NCBI RefSeq assembly: GCF_025526975.1
Contig: NW_026515681.1
Span: 248,001-312,000, forward strand
Direction: 5' to 3'
Origin: Fimicolochytrium jonesii
Taxonomy: Eukaryota
DNA: 64,000 nt
A program made the translations under genes and the position numbers. Of this stretch, positions 57,427-64,000 are shown piece after piece. How positions within the stretch are numbered: position 1 is the stretch's first letter; each line of letters starts with the position of its first letter. A model generated the notes under the pieces. It was not told the origin of the DNA, did no database searches, and saw only the letters and a program-made list of their open reading frames with translations.

Positions 57427-60114
57427 TCACTCCGCCCCCGCCCCCTTCTTCGCCTTGACCGTCTTCGCCTTCTTCTTCGGCGGTGCGCGCGGGCGTGCCG
57501 GTGCCGGTGCCGGTGCCGGTGCAGGCGCCGCCGGCGTCTTATTCTCCGGCTTCACACCCTTCACCGCCGCTTTCTTGGCGCCCCCAGCCGCCTGCGTTGT
57601 TGTCGGTGTGCCGACTTTGGCGGTCGCCGCTGTTGGTTTTGTCGGTTGTTTCGTTGCCGGTTTTGATGGACCGCCGGGGGTGATTTTGGAGGGGTTGGTC
57701 GTTGTTTTGGATGGGCCGGCGGGTTTTCCTGCGGCGACGGGTTTCGGCGGGACGGTCGTCACGGGTTTTGGTGGTAGGGCGGCGGGGACGGGTTTCGGGA
57801 GGGGTTGTGGGACGTCTGATAGAGAAGAAAAGTGTCACCATGGGATCTCGGCGGTACAACGTGAAAAGGGGTTCCAATTCCCGTCCTTGTCAACTAACCC
57901 TTCTTCAAAATATCCGATATCTTCGTATGCACCAACTCCACGTACGTCTTGAGCTTTCCGATATGCGTGATGGCTGCGTTCTTGTCGCCAAGCGGAAACC
58001 TGGAGTAAAATGAAACAGAAATGTCAACCAAAGTGCCCTATAGTAAAAGCTGATGAGGGTTCGAGTCCTACTTCAACGTCGTCCCCAGCAGCCGCCCCGC
58101 GCCCTTTGCATTCCCTAATCCTCTGCCCCACCGGAAAATGCAGTGGAATTGACCGCCGGGGGCTTCGTAGATGTTGACGACGCAGTACATTGTGACTGGG
58201 GGGGGAAGCAAAACATGGTTGATTTGAGATGGGAGATGCGGAATGCGGACATGGGAGGACCTCGACATACCACCGGTCCTCTCAAACTTCTGCTCCCACG
58301 ACAAAGACCTGACGAGCAGGTTCGAGTCGGCGTTCAGGGTGCAGTTGCTTAGTTGCTTGATCTCCGCGCCTGTATGAAAAAAAACGACAACAACACAACT
58401 CTTATTTGATAACCCTCCTCACACCAAAAGCATAGTAGGAAGCATGCTTGCCACCACCGGCATACCTTTAGCCTTGACCTTATCCGCCAACGTAATCAGC
58501 GGTATACTATCCGCTCTCGCCTTCTTCTTGCGCCATTCCTCGACGAAAATGGATCGAGCCCATCTGCCGCGGCTGCCGTCTGTAAGCCACATACAAACCA
58601 CCCAACAAGAGACGACAGCATGCAACGCAAGAAAGACACCTACGTGGGATGAAACTCGCGCTTTTCATGCTACGCCAAAATGAACCACAAGCGATTAGCC
58701 CTACAAAGCAGGTTACCGAGACCCCCTTGAAAGCTCTCGCATACATACATCATCCATAAACAACATCATCCGATCACTCTCCCGTTTCTTCTCATCATCC
58801 TCCGCCTTCGCCGCCCAGTCGCGGGGTCGTTTGCGGGGGATCGAGTATTTCATCCCGTTGAATGCGTCCAGGTTCGCTTGGTGCGCTACGTTCGGGTTCA
58901 GGTCCAGGTTGAGGGGTTCGCTCGTGCTTACCTAGGACGTCAAAACTCAGTAAAAATGCCGCGTTTCATGAAAGCGGCAATGAGGCTGGGATAAACTCAC
59001 CAAAGCCCTCGCCTCGATATCCAACGCCATATCCTGCGCAAGAACCTGCTGCGTCGTCGCGTTCTTCCCGAACGAGTAGACATCCGACCACAGACTCTGC
59101 GGGGTGGGTCGTAAAACCAACTGCCGTACATACGGGCGCGCGGTGGAGTCATCTCCGTCCATCGCGGACCCGTCTTTTGATTTCGCATGGCTCTGTCCGT
59201 GCAGCGTGACGCGGTAATCTCGGAGCTCGACGAGGACGCAGCCTGGTGGCGGTGGGGGGATACATAGCTCAGCCCCCTCACTAAATGTGAACAATGCCCC
59301 TGCACTCTGGGAGTTTTTTACCTTGATGAAAATCAACCGGCTTGAACAAACTCGTCGCATGCGGCGGCAGCTCTTGTCGATTCACCGTCTCCAGAAACTC
59401 CTACCGAGCCCAACACACGCATAAGCTTCCCCCCACTTCGAGGCCCCTTCCCCACCAGTGCGATTCCACACCTTCAATGGCCCACCATACTGATGCGCCG
59501 CCTCCTACAAGGGGCACACGGGTCGTCAATACCCTCCTCCCGCGGGTTATAGTAGTGGTTGTTGAGGGCACCTACCCTATGGTCGAACGTAAAATGCGTG
59601 CGGTAGAGGTTGATAACCAGCGCGGGGTTTTCTACAAACCGTCCCATAAATCACATGACCACAAGACCAACCGCAGAACAGAACACAGTACATACTCTCT
59701 ACAGTCGCTGAGGGCTGGTGATCACATCCCGTAGGAGAAGAGAGTCAGATATCACTGCATCACCCAACATTGTTGTTCGAAGGGGAACAGGGGCGTACCT
59801 TTTTGAGTTGTGACATGACGAAAGAGCCTCGATGGTTTTGAAGGGTGCTCTATCTGGAAAGGAAGACACAGGCAGAAGGTATTCGAGAGGGGTGTAGGGG
59901 TTGAATGTGGGTGTATAGATATCTCTGTGATATGGGTGACGGTGGGAAGTGTGCGACATTGTGGAGGCATGTGGGGGCCGCCGCACTTCCCGACGCGTTT
60001 GTCACTCAGAGAAAGGGACTCAGGCCACTCACGCTCCGACACCATCCATTGTGCTGTATAATATGCATCAACATTGTGCTTACAGGTTTCAACGAAAGAA
60101 GAGATGAACGGCAT
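57427..60114 (-). CDS. SPT20: SAGA complex subunit Spt20-like; many short exons, 5' end uncertain
   Basis: Exon peptides NPALVINLYRTHFTFD, EFLETVNRQELPP, FHQ|GCVLVELRDYR, QLVLRPTPQSLWSD, LDIEARAL|VSTSEPLNLD follow the Spt20 domain pattern. The tail is Lys/Pro/Ala-rich. Confidence 0.8.
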
Positions 60115-60206
60115 GGTAAAAGAATGTACACAAAAGGTCCCCAATACGACTCGCCCCTCGTGTCCTGTCTGTCTTGAGGCGGTCAACAGACAAACCACCC
60201 ACCCTT

Positions 60207-63082
60207 TCAAACATCGACACCCATCCCCGCCAACCTCCTTTCCAACTCCTCAACCCTAACCCGAAGCGCGCGGTTCTGTTCCGCCAACCCATCGTCCTGT
60301 ATCGGTACCGGTATCGGTATCGGCGGCGTGAGTGTAACTTGTAATCCCGCCGAACTCAATGCCGGTGTGGTCGTCGTCGTCGTCGTCGCTGTCGTAGTAG
60401 GGGTAGAGGTCGGTATTTTCGCAAAGGAATCAGCCGTGGGCGTCGTTTGATCGGTGGGTGACCCAATCGGGGTCTGACACCCCCCACCCACCACAGGCTC
60501 ATCAACCCAAACCAACAACTCCGCCGCCCCCGGCCTCCCCCCCGGCCGTCCACCCATCATACTTCTCATCCACCCAGTTTCAACCGGGAACCGCGCCTCA
60601 AACCCCTTTGGAAACACCCCCGAACGCAAATGAGCGAGATGTTGCGCGCGTTCCATTTGGGTTGAGAAGGGGTTGAGGAGCTCGAAGAGGATGATGCCTA
60701 GGGAGTAGATGTCGCTGGCGGGCGTGTAGGGGGTGGTGGGGGAGGGGTGGAGTTGTTCGGGGGAGGCGTACTATGGGGAGAGATGGGGGTTCAGTGATTC
60801 GCAGTGAAGGACGATGGAGAGAAGGTGATGTGGGGTGGGACTTACGGTGAACGTCCCAACCCCAGCCGTCCGATCACTCCCATTCTTCGACCGCTTCGAC
60901 GTCCTCGACGAGCTCTGTCTCCTCCTATTCACCCCCTCACTCGACCCAACCCCCGCCTTCGGAGTCCCTGCACGCCATTTATCCAGCGACTCAACCGATG
61001 CAGGCGACCCAACCGGCGTCTCCTTCCCACTCTCTCCCCCACTCTCACACTGGGTGTCATCATTCAACTCACTAGCAGTAACTAGCCCAAAATCCCCAAT
61101 CTTCCACACCCCGCCTCGTCCATCCCCCCTCCCCACTCCATGCCTCTCCTTCCAGTAAATATTCTTCGGCTTGATATCCCTATGTATGCATCCCATACTA
61201 TGCACATACAACAACCCTTCCACCAGGTCTCTAAAGATCCACCGTGCTTCATCAACATCCAACGTTTGAGAGGGGTCGGAGGCGAGAAGGGCGTTACGTT
61301 TACGGAGATGGTCTTGTAAGGTGTGGGAGCAGAGTTCCATTTGGATGAGGAGGGTGAGGTTGACGTCGTAAGGGAGGGTGGGGAGGGAGAGGGGCGGGGA
61401 GGTGGCGAGGAGGGGGGTGGAGAGGTTGCGGGAGACGAGGGATTTTATGGCGGCGGGGAGGGTTGAGATGTCGTTGAATGTGCGGCGGGGGTTGGTTTCT
61501 TCTTGATAATGGCCGTTCTCATCGTTGACATCATTGTCTTCCTCGTTTTCTGGGGTGTGCGGAACCTGCGACGGCTTCCTGAAGAAACTTTTCTTGGGTG
61601 TAGCTGTAGCCTCGTTATGTGAATTCGAAGCGGAGGTCGACCAGTCTTCCGACGACTCGGTGAACACATCCGGCGAGGGGGTTCCAGTGGTATCGTCAAT
61701 GACAGGCTCTGCTTCCTCCGCAAACACAATGTCCAGACTGTCTTCATCACCGGACGGCGCCAGGCCCAGATCACTGTCCGAAGTAAGGACCTCCGTGATC
61801 CGACTGTCCGTCCATCTGTCCTCAGTCGTGCTGCTTCGGTACGGGATGTTAGAGGGAAGTGTGTCAACCGTCCTGCTCGCCGTCTCGAAATCGCTCTGGA
61901 AGTGGTCATCAGGATGCTGGCCCGTGTCCTGCTTCACCCCCGCTCCATCAGGTACACCCCGATGAGTTGAATGCTCGGCAATATCCTCGACCCACGCCGA
62001 AAAGTAGCGGACCACATTCGGGTGGTGCAGCTTCGCCTGGAACTTGACTTCCCGGAGGATCCGCTCCAATGTGTTGGTGCCGAGCTTCAGACGGACTTTC
62101 TTGACGGCGTATTCAATGCCGTCCAACCTGTTTCGCACGCGGTACACTCGTCCGAACGCGCCACGGCCCAGAACGTTCATTTCTTCGAAATCCTCGGAGT
62201 ATCGCGAGGCATGCGCATCCCACACAGACGGGCTTCGGTGTGTGAGCTGGACGCGACGGTTGCGCGTGAAATTCGAGTCGCGCGGCATCAGAGGGGATAC
62301 GCAGCGGGTCCCGTCGAGGTTATCAGCCTGCCTAGTCGACATCAGCGGCGATTTCCCGCCACCGCCGCCATTAGGATGTTGCACCCTGTCAAACTCCTTC
62401 GCTTCAAACGGGAGCGCCGACGGGCCTTCCTGCTCTTTGATGGCGTCCATGGCGCGGATGACGAGATCCCTGAACGCTCGCTTGTATGCGCCGCGGACGC
62501 TGGCTAGTTCGTCGAGGAAATCGTGCGCCTCGATGATCCCCATCGACGCGAGCTGTTTGCAGATCACGTAGAATAATCGGCGGTTGCGTTCGGGCGACTC
62601 GTCGTAGAGGGCGCAGAAGTTTTCGAGCATGGATACGAGGAGTAAGCGGCCTTGTCGGGTTCGTCGTTCCTCTTCGTGGTGCATGCGACGGCGGAGGGAC
62701 GTTTGTCGACGGATCATGGCGGCTGACGCTGGGCCTTTTGGCGTCCTTGACCGCCGGCGGCGTGACGAGCCGGCGCGTGGATGCTTTTCGGGGCTGGAGC
62801 CGGGACTGGTGCCTGTGAGATGGTGGTCATGATCACCGTTGGACGTATACGGGTCGGCATAGTCTTCTGGAAGAGAGGGAAACATTGACGCTTGCGTTAG
62901 ACAGAGCTTCTCCGACCAGGTTCAGTCTCTGACAACGACCCACCTTCAGAAAGTTCAAATGGGTGCAACCCTTCTTCTTCATCGGCGTTGTCGCCGGCAA
63001 GTTGAACAGGCGAATTGTGGTGCTGCTTGTTATTGTCGTTGACGGTGGTCCCCTTCAAAGCACCTCCGCGCAAGCTCGACAT
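60207..63082 (-). CDS. eIF2-alpha kinase, HRI (EIF2AK1/Hri1)-like; 3 exons (63082-62917, 62866-60846, 60770-60207)
   Basis: HRI-type N-terminal helix bundle LLLVSMLENFC...LFYVICKQLASMGII; SRYSEDFEE...LGRGAFGRV, YAVKKV, HPNVVRYFSAWVE, a long kinase insert, LLIQMELC, IHRDIKPKNI, KIGDFGL, GTFT|YASPEQ, and a C-terminal coiled coil. Confidence 0.88.
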
Positions 63083-63439
63083 TGCATTCTATGGGGGCGA
63101 ATACGTAGTGCGTCCGACTGGGGGCAGGCTTGCAACAAGTTAGACGAGTACGTCGCTGACCACAAATACGATTACATTTGAGTAGTCCGTGGGGGAAACT
63201 GAGAAGCTCTTTCTTTCAAAGGGGGTATGAGTTCTCCAGACGAGGCCAAGACTCAAGCCCAGGTGCAGTTTGGGGACAGTTGTGTTTATGTTGTTTGTTT
63301 GAACGAAGGAGCAGGGGCCTGGTGGGAGTTTGTTTACGGTGGCGGAATGGCTGGACTGTAGCGAGGGGCGATTATTGCCTGTTTCGACGGCTTTCGACGG
63401 GCGCGTCTTCCTCCTGCCGCCCGCCTTCCCTCCCGCTAT

Positions 63440-63836
63440 AATAACCATCGATTCCAACCCATACAGAAAATGAGAAAAGTCGCTGGCAACAACCTGCAAA
63501 TTCCATACTCTCCGCAGACCTGAACGTGAGGATCCTTCAGAGAAATAAAGTTCTCGCTCCAGTAAAAAGCCACAGGTCCCCCCCACCTTCCAAGTGTCCC
63601 CAATCCTTCTATAATACCACAGCAGACGCGTCCCTATAATGGTCTCCCACCCATGTTACTATTCCTGACGGGCACAACTGAAAATTGCAATGAGGCGCCA
63701 GCCCCAGTGTTTTCGGCCTGGCGATTTTTTCATTGAAATAGAACTCCCTCTCCTCTTCTTCGTCCTCGCAATTTCTCAGTCTTTGTTCATCTTCCTGCGT
63801 CATTTTATACTCAGAAATCATTTCCCAAACCAGCAT
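63440..63836 (-). CDS. Possible small hypothetical gene
   Basis: AAAATG start context, acidic protein-like first exon (MLVWEMISEYKMTQEDEQRLRNCEDEEEERE) and plausible GT/AG sites downstream. No confident full model could be built. Confidence 0.3.
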
Positions 63837-64000
63837 TTTTGAGTGTTAAACCGTGAGTGTTGGCCTGGAATAAGAGAGGGGTGTGCAAAGGGACGGATGC
63901 TGTCATTTGGGCCGATTTGCGGTTGTTTGTGGAGAGATGTGCGATGCATAGCATGGCATGCACAAATCCCCGTGCCTGTCGAAAAATGACACATAGAAAC

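Noticed and set aside
1..64000. tRNA, rRNA, snRNA genes or autonomous transposon ORFs
   Set aside because: None were recognised by eye. tRNAscan-SE and Infernal would be needed to exclude small RNAs.

Overview
Gene-dense, intron-containing eukaryotic DNA, most likely from a zoosporic (chytrid-like) fungus. That assignment is inferred from the short GT-AG introns with CTRAC/CTAAT-type branch points, the fungal-type ARO7/SFP1/SEC66 genes and the gene content. About 21 protein-coding genes can be reconstructed by hand. Housekeeping genes: RRP12, SPT16, SEC66, ERV46, GOT1, SFP1, SYN8, PMR1, ARO7, SF3A2/PRP11, SPT20, an HRI-like eIF2-alpha kinase and an F-box/WD40 protein. Accessory genes: a BAHD acyltransferase, a membrane-anchored GH79, a coiled-coil degenerate class III nucleotide cyclase, a Cys-rich putative Zn-binding protein, and two orphans. 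The most notable observations are: (1) a two-TM protein carrying DEG/ENaC-like signature segments (51799-53774); (2) a TM-Cache-like-TM-HAMP receptor with no output domain and a 1-nt frameshift (39544-41454); (3) a probably catalytically dead cyclase (5184-7483); (4) a family of GCGAGCG-N1-2-AGCGAGC modules that inflate two introns in unrelated genes; (5) a 400-bp MITE-like element with TAGGGGCGGCA terminal inverted repeats and palindromic subterminal repeats; (6) a 34-bp-arm intergenic hairpin; (7) alternating C-rich and G-rich blocks along genes. Exon boundaries were read by eye and no database searches were run.
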